Source of the DNA: Catajapyx aquilonaris
Taxonomy: Eukaryota
Direction: 5' to 3'
Assembly: GCA_000934665.2 (NCBI GenBank)
Contig: KZ538123.1
Span: forward strand, 1 to 64,000
Length of the DNA: 64,000 nucleotides
The position numbers and the translations under genes are program-made. This document shows positions 37,901 through 52,300 of the stretch, one piece after another. The notes beneath the pieces were generated by a model. It searched no databases. It was given only the letters and a program-made list of their open reading frames with translations, and was not told the DNA's origin. Every line of letters starts with the position of its first letter. The stretch's first letter is position 1.

Positions 37901-39326
37901 TCCAATCCTAACTGAAGCAAAACGCGGCAAAAACCCAACTCAAATCTTAGGTACCGGTATCCTTCGCTTCCTCCTCCAGATGGAGTCGAGAACGAGACCC
38001 CCCCGAATTTATTATTCAGTCTATGCTTCCGCGTTAGAACTTCGAGAACTCACGCCTTCAGCAATTTCGGCGTAATGGCAGAGCCTCTTCCGCCAAAAGT
38101 CACCGTTTCGGCATGAACTCCAGACCCCACACAACTTTCCTCTCGCTTTAAAATTTTTTCCTCTAGATTGGCTATTCCACTTGTGTGTTCGTGGCACTCA
38201 AGAGGAAGGAGGAACAAGTTGATGAGGTTAAGAGAAAATGCACCAAAATATTACGTTGATTAAGTTAGAGGAAATAGATGGAATAATAGGGTAAGGTTAT
38301 GAAGTTAATAGGAAAATACCCGTCATAATAGGAGCACTTTGATAAATGTGTGGAATTTTCATGCAAACCTCCCTGGTTACAGCCACAAAACAGCTACAAT
38401 ATTTGCACAAGTTTAGATACACAAAACTGGCATAGCCTTTGTTTATGCGTTATTTCATCGCTGACTACCTCTCTAATAGGTAAAAACGATTTTTATTGAA
38501 TGCTTTCAGGAAATATAGCCCTGAATAATAACGTCACATTTCGCCCTCATTTTGCACAAGCATATACACTATTAGATAAAACATTTAAATCATAATAAAT
38601 TTATCAATATCTCCGCACGATACACTTCTATACAGAAGTTCCTGACATTCATCTCTGACTTGAATGATTGCTTCTTACTCCTGCATGTAGAGGAAAGGTT
38701 AAGGTTCATCAGCAGTGGTGGCTTTTAAGCTTCTTTTCTTATGATTCTTAGTAGGATTTTCTGTCTCCGTTTTATTACTCCCTTATAGAGTGATCTCGTT
38801 CTATTCCTTTCTTTTTACTGTCGAGTTATAAGAGTGCCAGTATTCATCTTCCACCGACCCTTGCCAGATTTTCCCGAAACTTGTTAAGAAAAGTTTAATG
38901 ACTATTTCCATAGACCAAAAGTAGAGAAGTTTGCTTTCCAGAAACTAATCACTATGCAGCTAAAAGCTTCATTTGTGGAAAGTTCAAAATATGTGTGTGG
39001 GTTGCCTAGATCAGTGCAAACTAGGACGTAATTACATTGTTAAGTTCTGCATTTTATGCTGAAATAAAGCATGGAAAGTTTTATCACTTTTCCTCATTTC
39101 AGTGTAACAATACAATTTTGTTTTAGTAGAATATTGGATGAATTGTCATATAGTATGTACGTATGTGTTGAGATCGGAACTAAGTAGAGGCATTAAAATT
39201 ATAGCCAGAACATTTAAATGCCGGTACTTGGTAAGTTTATTCCAATATCAATTTATTACCAGAAGATGGTTAGCAATAAAAATTATGACGAACTCCCAGA
39301 TACCCAGATAAACTGTTGTCTAGATA

Positions 39327-40080
39327 CCGGTATTCCACGTTTTACGCCGGGAATTGGTTTAAGCACCATAGCGGCGTAAAACGAGACAAAATTATAATGT
39401 AAGTAAATGAGATAGGTTCCAAAATTTCCCCACAAACAGTACTATTATTGCTGCTTTTAATTCTGAATATTTAAAACATTTAATGCGCATGTTTAATGGG
39501 AGGTTCCAGGTTGATGGTCGCCATCCCTCCTTTGTTTTTAAACATACATGCTGTACCGTAGTACATGCCTATGATAAATTTAATTTACACACATTAGACA
39601 TAAGCAAAAATAATTATCAATAAACATTAAATAAACAATTAACAATTAACAAAATTAACAAAAATGGATAGTTTTAACAATACAACACTGTACTAATAAT
39701 TAGATTTCATTTTGGGTGTTAATATAATATAATGCTTTATTGACTACTCTAGAGTCATTGAATATTTTCAAACTGCGGATAACCAAACCGTGGATAATGG
39801 GGCTCACTGTATATGAGTAGGCATAGCTATTTCTATAATTATAATGATTATAGACCCTGCCACAATGTTCCACGAAAAACAAACGAACCTCCAATGCTGT
39901 ATAGCAGTGTAGCGTGTTTGGAATCCGAAGTGTTTCAGCGATGTATATGGTTATATTATTTCGTCATTTCCACATTTTAACAATTTTCCTATTATAATTT
40001 TTCAATTGGTAGGCTACTTTTTAAATCGAGATTAATGTGAATCGGCGTTAAACGTAGCAGCCTAAAACGGGGAGTAACTG
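39327..40080. mobile_element. pogo/Tigger-like (Tc1-mariner superfamily) non-autonomous element with TA TSDs
   Basis: TA-CCGGTATTCCACGTTTTACGCCG vs reverse complement of right end TA-CAGTTACTCCCCGTTTTAGGCTG (19/25 matches); subterminal hairpin 39338-39383; a second Tigger-like end inside at ~39770-39809. Confidence 0.55.
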
Positions 40081-41235
40081 TATTATGTGGCTAATGTGAC
40101 TAATTCTCTGACAGACAATCTCACCAAGTATTTATATTATTATGCAAACTCTTCATTATTTTCACTCATCTTATAAACATCATACACCAACAACATTACA
40201 AAACCCCCTGTGCACACTCAAAAGCATCGGATTCCCCCGCTAGAAAATGTTTTCTCTATGAACATCTAAACATAGATTACACTACAACTGTACTGTACAT
40301 ACTACGAATAATAAATATTGTGCAGGATAATGCAAAATTCATCTCGTAAGTACTGTAGTTTCTGTCATTCGGGAAGAGAAAATATCCTGCGCTTTAAGCA
40401 ACCCGTCATTAGGTCTATGTGTTATGTATAATGGAGACGAAATGCCAAATTAAGTAGTGCACTTTCTCCTTAGAAATGCAAGTAACATAAATCGACATAC
40501 TCTTTTCACCTCCCTGTATATCAGGCAGAGGACTATTAATCGCCTTATGTAATGTGAATCTTGTATACGCAACGATGACTGACGTCTTTAGGATAGGCTA
40601 GGTAAGTCCCTCCAAAAGAAGGAGTAATTTATGAGCATACCCTTAAGACTGTCTGACTCCACACATGCTCAGCATTGAGTGTTGAAAATAAAAGTGGTCA
40701 AAATAGACTCGTAAGAATTTTGAAGGAGCTACTCAACTACTTTAATTTTTAACCCGAATTCTCAGTACGAGAAACTCCGGTTTCATGAGGTCCTGGAACC
40801 ACATTTTCCCCATAAAACTCAAACCAGGACAAGGCCTAAGAAAGGCGTCTTACCTGGTAAATAAGAAGTGGTGATGTCACGTACACTTACAACACAAGTT
40901 TTAACATTTCTCAATCCAAATAATTACTAAAATTTTTAAGCAGCCGAGAATTTCTAGAATCCACTAAAGCCAAATCTGAAATGATTTTTCTATTCTTTAC
41001 TAATGGCCGATTGTATTAACCGAAATTAAAATATTTCTCATTATGTAACTGATGTAAACTGGATGTAAATTAACACTTCATATAGGGATTTTCTCTTTAG
41101 TTCACTTTTTCGCTGACCTTGTACACTACAACACGACACCATTAGCAGCAAATCCCTTGTACAAAGCAGAATGGTATAAGTGAAAACGGATATAAATTGG
41201 AGGAAGGAAGGCAAGGCCGCTTTTTGTTGCAATGT

Positions 41236-41241
<6 letters not shown>

Positions 41242-41299
<58 letters not shown>
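41242..41299. repeat. (CT)n microsatellite
   Basis: Direct reading. Confidence 0.98.
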
Positions 41300-41301
<2 letters not shown>

Positions 41302-43777
41302 GCAGTAATTGCTGCCTTGCTATATGCCACTGTACTGTAGCTGATCAGTCATATTACTGCTAGCTTCTCAGTGGCCCAGAATAAATCCTAGAAACTTACG
41401 AGACGTTTCTAGACCAACTGTAAAGGAATATTATAACGCGCAAAAGATCATATTCCTCCGTAAGTAGCTTCGTACGTGAGAAGGTCGTTATAGCAAAAAC
41501 CCGTTTGAAGTACAGGTCTGCTATAAAAAAAATCAGTGTGGTTTCCGTGACATTTCTCTGGCAAGTGCACAGAAAAGCAGTTTTCTCGCTCGACATGTTT
41601 AACGTTAGAGCAATGATGCGTTTGAATCCGGTTTTCCACCGACTTACGGATGTATTTCACAAAGAAAACTGCTTATATAGTAGAACTTTGAAGAAGAGCA
41701 CTCATACGCAATAACAACTTCACCTGCATGCAGCATACTACCACTGAGGGCTAACCTTGCAATCTAAAACTGGCAGATTTATAAATGTCAGTGTAGGTCA
41801 CGTGAGCTTCCAACACCATATCGCCCGATATCCGAGATCCAGTTAATTAACAGCATGATTCATCGCGAATTACACTAGCCTGGGGGCATGCCAATCACAT
41901 CGTAACAGCCATTACAATATATGCGATAGGCTACATTCTCAGTAAAAACATAAAGGTCAAGGGTTACCTTCTCTTCTCCGCTACAGGAGCGGAATTACGC
42001 GGGTCTTGGTCTATTTTTCACTGGTTGTTTACAGCTGACATTTCGAAGGTAGGTGGGTATAATGAATCGATTGGTTTTATTATTCTTGCGCAATAATTGT
42101 TTATTTAATTGTATTTATTCGTTTACATTGCCACACACCCTGCATACGATGTGGTTTGTCACTATTCAGCCTACCAATAAGTAAACTACAGTAAATGATG
42201 TGTAATAAAATTTAAACGTGTAATATTAATTTTGTGTAGTGCGTGACTATTATTAATTCAATTTGATTCGATCGTAGATAGGAATAAAAAGTTATTGTTA
42301 TTCGAAGTTTTTTTTGTGTGTGTTTTCAACGCGTACGCTATGGTCATCGGTGTCTGCCGATGCTGACAGATTTCCTCAATCAACTCCCATCAACAGTACC
42401 GCCTGGAGCGGGTATACGGCCACATTTAGCTGCAGGGAGGCTGCACCTAGGTGGAATCCAATAAGGTTTCCGGAAATCTAATACTGGTATAGGCTACATA
42501 CTACCTGCAGTACAGTATATAGCTTTTGTCGAGTTGCATCGCAGTCCTGATATTTGAAATCATGATTGAAGATTCCATAAAATTCAAGTATTCTAATAAA
42601 ACGTCCGTTCTGCTTTGAAATTCCTCTGATTATAAGCGTGACATAATAGTAACAATAAAACTTTTAACACCTGGTCTCATCGCTTCCAGTTGCTACACTC
42701 TAATTTTGTAAAGGCATGCATTATTTCAAAGGTCATTTACACACGGAAGTTACTGTACTGCACATATCATTACTATTACAGGACCGTCCCCACCCTATAA
42801 ACCTGGTAAATCTGGCTGTGCACGATTTTAGCAAAAATGCTGGGTGAATGACACTAACTAGGATTTTGGAATGTCCTACATAGAAGCACTCGCCGTCAGT
42901 CCTGCAAAGGGAATCGCTACTTCTCTGTGAGCAGTTCACCACCGAGTCCAACACCCCCTCAAAAAAATACAGCATATAGTCCACACCCGGGGGGAAAAAA
43001 AGTAATGCAGCCTGATGTGGACAATCCGCCTGAAACGGGTCCAGACCACACTCCTTATTCAAATCCTGAGAAGTGAAGTTTCCGTCTGAAATTGAGCCCT
43101 ATGCGGAAATGGGCAGCAAAGGTCCGAAAGCCGCAGAGCAAATGGCTCATTCAGAGGCCGGTAAGTTTCTAAGTTATAGGGACTTCCGTAAGGCAAGCCT
43201 GCAATCAAATTCTGTTATGTCCATGCTGAGCCGGCCATTCAAAACTCAAAACTAGGGCCTTATTGACTTATAATGATTGAGTAAATGCCATTTTATTGGT
43301 TGTTTGGTCCCCCAAAGTGGCAGGAACCTGACAGTGCAGAAAACTAGAAGAGACCAGTTAGGACCAGTCCACAGTTTCCTTTTACGCCTGTACGCCCACT
43401 AGGTGAAAGGCCAGTCTCGTGATGAATTCCCCTCGGTCCTTGCTACTACAGCCTAGGTCACATGGGGTGGAGCAGAATGTACGAGGGACCCTTTGAACCT
43501 GACCGAGTCAGGTCCACAGAAGAACGGATGTGGAAGACTCTCCTTCTGGATGCAGGATCAATAAACAGAGAGCTTGACCGGGTGTGAAAGAAACTACTGA
43601 TCTGCTTAGATAGTTCTAATAGTAGTTCGTCTGCTGTCACTATATGTTCAAAACTTTTTTTTGGTACCATACTGTGGTAATAGGTGTGTCGGGTGTTGTT
43701 ATTGACCCAAAGAGAGTTTATTCCCTATAGGGTTGTTCTATGGTTGACGGCACGCAGGCCATTTTTCCGTAAGTACA

Positions 43778-43786
43778 NNNNNNNNN
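43778..43786. other. Small assembly gap followed by poly-G
   Basis: Ns in sequence. Confidence 1.
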
Positions 43787-44875
43787 GGGGGGGGGGGGGG
43801 ATGTCGCACTCTATTGTAGGCGGGGCTCAATAATTGAGGGAGTCAAATTGGAAAGAAAAATAGTTCATTAGCAGTGGCTTTTTCTTCATTTTAGCATATC
43901 AATTTTAAAAGCAGTTGGAATGCCAGCAGGCCTGGGCTAAAATTTATTATCCAATTACTTTTTGGTCAAATATCGGATGGGGCTGGGCCTTTCATCTGAT
44001 GAAAATGAAATTTGTGTCCACATACATTGTTCGGACAATCACGGCATTTGTAAAATGCCCAGTTTGGACGGTAACAGACCGTTTAAACAGCGTTTAACAA
44101 TTTGGTGTGACAACACGGTTGGAGTTGTGTCGCACCATTGCTTTATTGCCTTTGAAAAATTGCCTTCAAATTCGGTGCCACCACACTGGGACACTTCTAT
44201 CTCTCGTAGAAGGGTCTGAAAATGACGCCATAAATATCGCAACGACATAAGTCAAGGCGGCATGCGCTATAGAATAAGTCCCGCTCTATATAGACGCCAA
44301 GATTGGCGATCGCTCAGAATATTAAAACTTCCGCTGAACAGCTATGAAAAATAATAGCAGAGTAAAAGCGCAATAAATAGGAAAACTGGCTGGCAAAGAA
44401 CCATGAATCACCTTGAGCATCGCGGTTCCACATTTTTACAGGTAGAGGCCTAACATAGGATATTATTTACGCAGAGTGGTCATAAAGTTAAGCATCGTGG
44501 TTAAAATTTCTTCCACTTCCTCGAGCAGCATAGGACCTAAAATGCATTTTTTTTGACCTCCCTCAACCTGCAGACGTCTCATCAACCCCCAGTGGTCACA
44601 TCCTGTACAGTGACGTAACCACGCTTAAATTGATTAACGAGCTTGCAGTTACAGCACAATAAAACACACCCTAGATTCCTAACCTCAACTCAAAAAAGGG
44701 GGCCAAGCAACCTTCGCATTCTATAGTAATTATCTATAGTCTCCAAAGTAAAAGAGATGTCAAAGAATCTACGTCTGTCTGCTTGAGGCACGCCCTGGAG
44801 TAAAAGACGTGCTTGACTCAGTCCTATAACCAGTAAAATGTGGGAGGCATTCCTTCACGGTCAGGTCGGGGCATC

Positions 44876-45130
44876 ATGGCGTGCGTGAACGAAATGAAGT
44901 CCATGCTGGTTGCGCTCAAGGAAGACCTTTGTGCAAAAATAGACGGTGCAGTAAACAACGGGCTGGGTGAGAAAAAAAAAATGAGACTCAGCTTCACACA
45001 ATGCCTGGACCAGGTAACGAACGTCCAATCACAACTTGGGTGAGGCCTTGAGGTTTCCAAGTGATTGGGGAACAAAGTGAAGACACTCTAAGCTAGCGTA
45101 GAAAATCAATCAAGATGGCGCAACCTTAGC
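44876..45130 (+). pseudogene. Decayed non-LTR retrotransposon ORF1-like fragment (coiled coil ending VENQSRWRNL)
   Basis: Reading through 3 stops gives MACVNEMKSMLVALKEDLCAKID...QLG*GLEVSK*LGNKVKTL*ASVENQSRWRNL, resembling the LENRSRRNNL motif of L1/L2/CR1-type ORF1 proteins. Confidence 0.4.
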
Positions 45131-48100
45131 TAGTCTTAGAGTCTACTAGTATGAACCGACACGCAAAAACGTGGGAGTTGAAGTGGAAAGAAGACTTGTT
45201 AGTGCAACCCTCACTTATAGGGGCTTCTGGCAAATAGAAATTCAATAATGAGTCCACATAGGTTAATGGTCAGGCAGGGAATCCCTTCAAGTGTGGTGCA
45301 ACGCCCGCAATCTGGGCGGCTCACAAAAATGATCGCAAGTTTTTTTTTGCTACCGACAGATTCGTAAGCTGTTGCTATAGAGGTTCTGATGAAAAACAAA
45401 AGCATAGAAGTGAAGTTGCCTTGGGGCCTCTGCGTCTCGTGTCTGCAGAAAGGAGTGGTTTTCCTATCCCAAGCGGATTCTCAGGAATACATTATTATAT
45501 GCCGGTGCAAGTCAAGCTGGTGGTGTAGCAGGAGCAAGTAGAAAAGTTTTTGTTTCAAACTATACATGCAGGGGTAGTGTATATCCTGGAATTTGCATGC
45601 CATCCGAGCTCGATTTCGTCCGAGACTGCTCCGGCTTCTATACGATTCACGGCATATTCAAGTAAGCATAACTGACATACATTAACTTCCACATCCGTAA
45701 CCTGATAACCTTTACAGATTTTTTTTCTACAGTTGTTTGCGTCCATTTGCACCAAAACACGAATTGCGCATGCTATCAATATATGTACGATGTTGTTTAT
45801 GTGCAGATTATTAATTATGGAACCGCAACCAAATTTAATTGTAATCCACATACATTGCACCTGTGTGCATATTAATTTTGGAATTTTGCGCTAATTTAGT
45901 CAAGATGTATTGTTAAGGAGTTCTGAGTAAGTCCATTTATTTTCAGGTAAGTTCATCGGGAGATTCACATGAGAGTGCAACGCATCTGACGAGCAGAAAT
46001 ACAATTCGTTTAGAATCACTTACTTGGGATATGAAGTTACTAGAATGATGTTATTGCAAGGAAATGTATATGTTAAACTCTTCTAAAGGCAAATATGATT
46101 ACATAGCATATTGAGCAGAATGAGATGAAGTGATTTTGTGTTCGTCACATGAAGGAAGCTTTGTGGTGGCGCCTAAACATGGATGAGCAGGATTGTGTTG
46201 CACTGTATATATTAGCGGAAGTTTGCAATGCAAATTTTTCATACAGAAGTTACTGAATAATCCAACTGTTGTGAAATAATATTACACTACTGTACATTTC
46301 TGTGGAGTGTATTGCATTATCTTATTATCCCGAATGACTAACAAATGCATGGAAATCCAGTTTCGGATAATTACATGTAGTCTACAATTCTACATACTAA
46401 AGGCACCACGATAATCAAGCGGTTTCATGTCCATCGGTATATTACACGAAAGATAGTACAAACCAGACAGGCGTAAGAGTTTTAGTAAACTACTGATATG
46501 GGGTCTACACTTTAAAAAATAGTTTCATGGGAGATGCCATTAAATGTAATGCCATGAAACGACGAAACGGTAGATGTCCAGCCTATGGGCATTTTGGAAC
46601 AAACCGGTACAAACAAAGCAGACACAATTGCCCTAATAAACACACTTTAAAAAGTGGGCTGGTTAATGGACAGACATGACCATCCTGCCGGAGATGAACG
46701 AAGCGGTATACTACATGTCACCATCATATGCGTCCATTTCACACTGCCCCTTCCCTCCACCCCCACCCCCTCTCCTATACATTACACGTCGCCTAGTCCC
46801 TCCCATTTACAGGGTGTTCCAACTGGACTGTCCATACGAAGATCTGAAATGCAAAATGTTCAAACGCACACAGATTGCATTATCCCTTATGGAATGAATT
46901 TGTATAATTAATATTACCCCCACACAGTGCTTATTGGGCAGTTACTGCATGATAACTAGTTTTGCACCAAAATGTCAATAAACTAAAGCAGACCCAGTAG
47001 ACAAGTGAACAGCAAAATAGTTATACTCGATGCTTGAGAAGTCGAGCATGAGTCCAGAGCGCCATGGAGTGTTGGTGGTCAGCCCTTCCGATTGGCTGAT
47101 TTCAAGTGAAAGAATAATGCGGGTAATGTGACAGTGTGAGTGATAGTGGTCTCGGTGTGGGATCGACAATCCGGGTGGCGAGAACTGGCCAACATTGCAG
47201 GTCATACAAGCGCCCAGGATTGCGCGTAGGGGTGGGGAAACCCGCTTGCCAGCTCTTTGTTTTAATGACGGCCGTTAGAGGGACCTGTGACAAGCTGCAT
47301 TTCCGACGCATTACTCCTACTGGTTGCCGCCCTTGTTCACTGCCACCACAACAATGATGGCTATTAAGGAGGTCCAAAGGGTGTGATATGGAGGTGTAAA
47401 GGTGTGGGGGTTATTAAGACGAGGCTGATTTGATTGGATGGAAACGATTGCACTCAAGTGACGCACGAATTCTCATGTTCTACATAGTATGAGAGATGGG
47501 ATCTGCTGATTCATCCTGCATTGGCCGTTAATAATAATTAGTGGTTTTGCATGAAATGCCATTACGACGGTAGACTGGAAAGGATCCGTTGGAGGAATGA
47601 CAAGTGGTGTTGAAGAAGATGGGAAGGGCTTATGTTTCTTGACGTTTGACATTTATAGAGTATGTGCATCTATGCACCTTTAAATCATATTCAAATGCCA
47701 CACTTTTCAGCTATTTTAAAGCGCCGCGCCGTTAAGATCTAACGGCAGTTAAGTGTCTCATCGGCAAACTTAACTGCCGTCAGAACTCGCAACAGACCCA
47801 ATAAATTTGCTGGAAAAATCGGTCATTAGACATACGGTACGCAGCTAAAACTTTACGTTATCCGACACTTTTACGTGCAAAAAAATATCCAGGTGTTTTT
47901 AACGCTCGAAGGAAAAACCAGATAGCTGGTGCTGACGTCATTCAGGGAGGTTGGAGGGGTTTGGGTGTGATACAGTAACTCTTGATAATATGGAGGGTAA
48001 CAAATTGGAGAGTGTTTACGTCATATATGGAAGACCTTTCATGGCATTTTAAAACCAGCCAGCTACTGTCCTGTCAAAGCACTGAACTCGACAACAGCTT

Positions 48101-48970
48101 GACTTTTTCCCTCGGTAATAAATGACCTCCGCAGATATGTGACCTCTGCATAAAAGCGGCGCATATCTGTGGTTCTCTAATCTTCCCTGGACCTCCATTA
48201 ATACGTGAATAAAAATGTGCAAAAAAAATTCTATATAAACAGTGAAAAATGTCAAGTATGAATTCCATTCCTTTCATGTCCTCACATGTGATGACTGACA
48301 TACTATAGCTTCGAGTTCTTTGAAGTGACGAAGCCTGGTGTAGTAATTTTTACCTCACAGAGAGCAAAAATCCGATTGGGAAAGGATACTTATGCAAAAA
48401 ATGATGTCGAGGACTTTTGAAGCTGTTTTTGTACGTATAGTACACGTGGAATTTTGAAGGTACTGCATACCGATAATAATAATCATTCAAATATTCTGGT
48501 TATAAAAAATTGTAAGAATTCAACATTAAAGCGTAATAGGACTGCCGCTATATTTTATGATGCTGGCAGAGTCTCGGACAGTACAAAATTTATGCTTGTC
48601 GTAAATTTTACAAATTGCTTAGCAATCGTCGTCATGAGCAGAAAATATATGATGGAAGGTGTGACTACTGTAAAACGTCTTGTGAGAAAACTGTCAGTGT
48701 GAAAAAATGCAGCTTGGGGTATCAAAAAAACTATTAGAATGGTGAACGTCATACTCTGCAGTCTTCACACACGTCGTCACATCATTCAAGTTCTCTCTTT
48801 GAATTTTTTGAGCAGCTGCGAGATCCCACTGACAGAGAAAAGCACTCAAACTGAAAAATGATGACTCCACAGACAAATGCACAAGAGATTGCTGAAAGTG
48901 GTGCATATTACACCACATAATGCTACCATTCCGAGTTTTACAGCAGGCCTATTGTTGTTCACTCACTACG

Positions 48971-49365
48971 CAGGGTGTTTCGTAATGATTCAACGAAACT
49001 TTTAGGGTAATTCCTGGAACCCGATGATCTCTTTATGTGGAGGTGTCATTTGGTCCAGGCATCCTCGTTACCAAAATAACGGGAGTCAAACACGTGGTGT
49101 CAAGTATCCTGATAGGTATGCATCCTTCCAAGCGACTTACCTTTTTCATTTTTAAATGTATAGCTATGATCGTGCAATTTAAATTTACATTGCAATATAA
49201 GAGATGGAATGAACTTTTTGATATAACTTAGGTCTACTGAATTTCCCCAGTAAAGAGTTACGACAAATGACACACTGAATAAAGGGATGCTCTAGTGTAG
49301 TGCCCAGGAGTTAATCCTTGATGTCTGTCTGAATACTCTGAAATGAATCATTTTGAAACACCCTG
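48971..49365. mobile_element. Tc1/mariner-like MITE
   Basis: TIRs CAGGGTGTTTCGTAATGATTCA and TGAATCATTTTGAAACACCCTG (20/22); inner GTGTCATTTG / CAAATGACAC; TA TSD not preserved. Confidence 0.7.
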
Positions 49366-52300
49366 TGTGTATGCCCGTCGTCATAGTTCACTGAACTTAC
49401 AATCTTTGCAAACACAACAGGAACTGTGGTGTTACCCTGTAATTTCATTATACTTCATGTCGGCATCTCACAATTGCTATGATGAATTAAGTGACTTGTT
49501 CGTTGACCTGTAGTCCACACCTATATACAACCCTGGCCATTTCTTCAACTCACGAAGGAGAAAAATAGAAGCCACAAAGTTTTGGCCTATGTTCAGAGCT
49601 ATAGAGGAGGCGGGATTATAAGCAATACTGTTAACCCTCGCCAGGAGTAGGTTCCAAAGGCTTCATAAGGCGAGTTGGAAAGTTAGATGAAACCTGTATA
49701 ACGGCAATACAAAATTAATAACTTTCCTTCCATGTACGTATATACCGGTAGGCTATATCAATTCTGAAACATACCGGTATGTTTTCCATAATTTGATAAT
49801 AATGAAAATAATAATTTTAAATTTGTAGTTAGCGATACATCAGTAGATAATATTTTCTTTTGGTAGCGTCTTTGCTCCCGGATTAGATGATGGGCTGATG
49901 TGTGTTCGAAGTCGATAAACACAGCTGAGTGAGTTTTTCCTACTTTGCACAAGCGTGTTGTATAATAGGATAGGAAGATTTCACCCTCGACTACGTAGAT
50001 GCAAAAAGTGCATCCATCGCAGGCTTATAAAGAGTGCAGTTTTTTGAGCAATTTCCTTGCGGCAATCCTTGCACACAATACGCCTTAGAAATCACCAATA
50101 ATTCTCCTTAGTCGTTTCACTAGACGAACATCGATGCCTGAAGAGAACAGCTGTGTCTTATAGGCATCTTCGCATAAATCCCTCTGAGAGGATTCAATAC
50201 TTGCTGGAGTTATATAAGCTTACAGTACCATTCTGATATAAGTCTTCTTTACGGAATTACTCGAAGACAATTAGCGAAGGCCTATATGCAAACTTTCCCC
50301 GCAGCTTATTTTCTCTTTAAAGTTCAAAATATAATGCCATTTCCACTAACGTAACGAGAAAAATTTAAAATCGTTTTAAGTACTGAATCGTATCAATGCG
50401 GAAAAAAAGTAGCCATAAAAATCTATTCGAATCCAGCATCATTGCCAAAGAAAGGGTTTTTTTCTCATCGTATATCCTGGTAATAGGGCCACCTCCAGAG
50501 AAGATGCTCATTTAAGGAGTAAAAGTCACGAGAAAAGGTTGGAAGAAAGGAGACATGTGGTCCTATTACCAGGATATAAGCCGAATAAAATATGTTCAGT
50601 TCTGGAAGGATACTTTTGTTAGCGGGGCCTACTGATTCGATGCGATAATCGCAACCTTCATCATGTCGCACAAACTTTCGAGGAACCCAAAAAGTTTTCT
50701 CCAAGACCTTTTTCGATCCACACCGGGATATTTACACCACTTGACGCCACATTCCCCCATAACTCCTTTGGCCATAACGACTGCAACGGCACGCTTGACC
50801 TTTTCAAAACCACACATCCTGCGGTGCTCCAACTGCAAAGTCTGCCCCAAAGTAGACTCTGAATCGCTTCGATTTCTATTCAATCATTTCAATCAGTCTG
50901 GTATAGCAAGATAGATTATAAATAGTTGCAAATAAACAGTAAGAAGCCGTAAATGTGTCAGATGGGTATGGTTGGAAAGGAGGCGAACAGCTGCGGAGAG
51001 GAAAACATAAACGCCGTGTTCGCGGCCGTTCGGGGACTCCCTCCCCTGACGGGAAGTAAACGCCCGTGGATAGGCCCCGGTGTAAAAAGGTTAATGGTAG
51101 GGCACACTGTGCCCGTTAATCCCATCTCACGTAGACTTTAGATACGTGGTGCAAGTCGTTGTTACATGTCCGAGTCCCGAGTCGTTTTCCACGAGAATTT
51201 TCTTCCTAACGAATGAGGTGATCATTCTTAATGAGCTGTTTGACGCCCGTCACTTTCATCCGAGTGTAATTCGGACCTGGCATCCCCCGTATGGGCTCTA
51301 TATCTCAACAGTTTCACATTTACAAGAACGTGTTGGCAATAGGCCCAGACTGGACACCTGCACTTTTTTGCAACATTTGAGGGTGAGAATATTTTGTAAA
51401 CACTAGTCCGGAGTCGACATTACGTGATCAGTCCTTGTATATTTATGAGTATTGCATAAGTGAGGGTGTGAACTTCAAGTGTCGATGTTGTCGAATATGA
51501 TAAGACCCATTTTTGCAAAAAAGTATGTCTCCGCATGTTTACACAATTGGGTTTGCTTTAACGTAATGCGTACGAGACCGACGGAACAGCTTGCAAATTT
51601 AAACACAGCAAGACTTACTTTTACAGCCTTCTTCTGTACCGCACCGATTTGGAATAGGCCTTTTGTTGCAAGCCTGTGACCTTTTCCCGCGCAACAGCAG
51701 CCATCTAAACAATTGAATCCACCTCGAAATACGACGCATGTGGTATAGATCAAAGTGTAGTATATAAGCGAGTTTTTAGTAATGGCTTTTATTCCGGGCG
51801 TGGTTTACCTCCCTCTTTCCGGATATTTTCAACCTTCTTTGCACTCCCCGACATGCTCTCGTGTAGTGCGAAATTATTCAACGTCTCAACACGAGAGTAT
51901 CAGGCCTGCGCACTAGGAAATATGCTAACACGGGAATTAATATTGCCATAGCCCGTACACCACCACCGATTTCCCAATGGCTTTCCAATTATTCCTCCAT
52001 CATGGATTCGCCGCAGAATGTTCGCTAATTCTATATTTTTTTAAAAGTCCAGCCGGCCGACTCCATTACGTATAGGCTACATATTTTACATATTTGAAGC
52101 TTCATCCCCTGCAAAATGGCATATATCCCGCACTTAACCGCCAGATCCGCAGGTAGAAGGAAAATTAACGGCATCGTCAATAAAGCCATGCCCCTACTGT
52201 ATGCACTGGGAAAATTGCATGCAAATCACAAAGCCCAAATTTCATATCAGATTAACTGGGAATTACTTTCCGGAGCTGCCAGGACTCTAACTTCGAAATT

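Noticed and set aside
42733..43670. Cluster of short ORFs before the second gap
   Set aside because: No recognisable motifs or coherent exon chain
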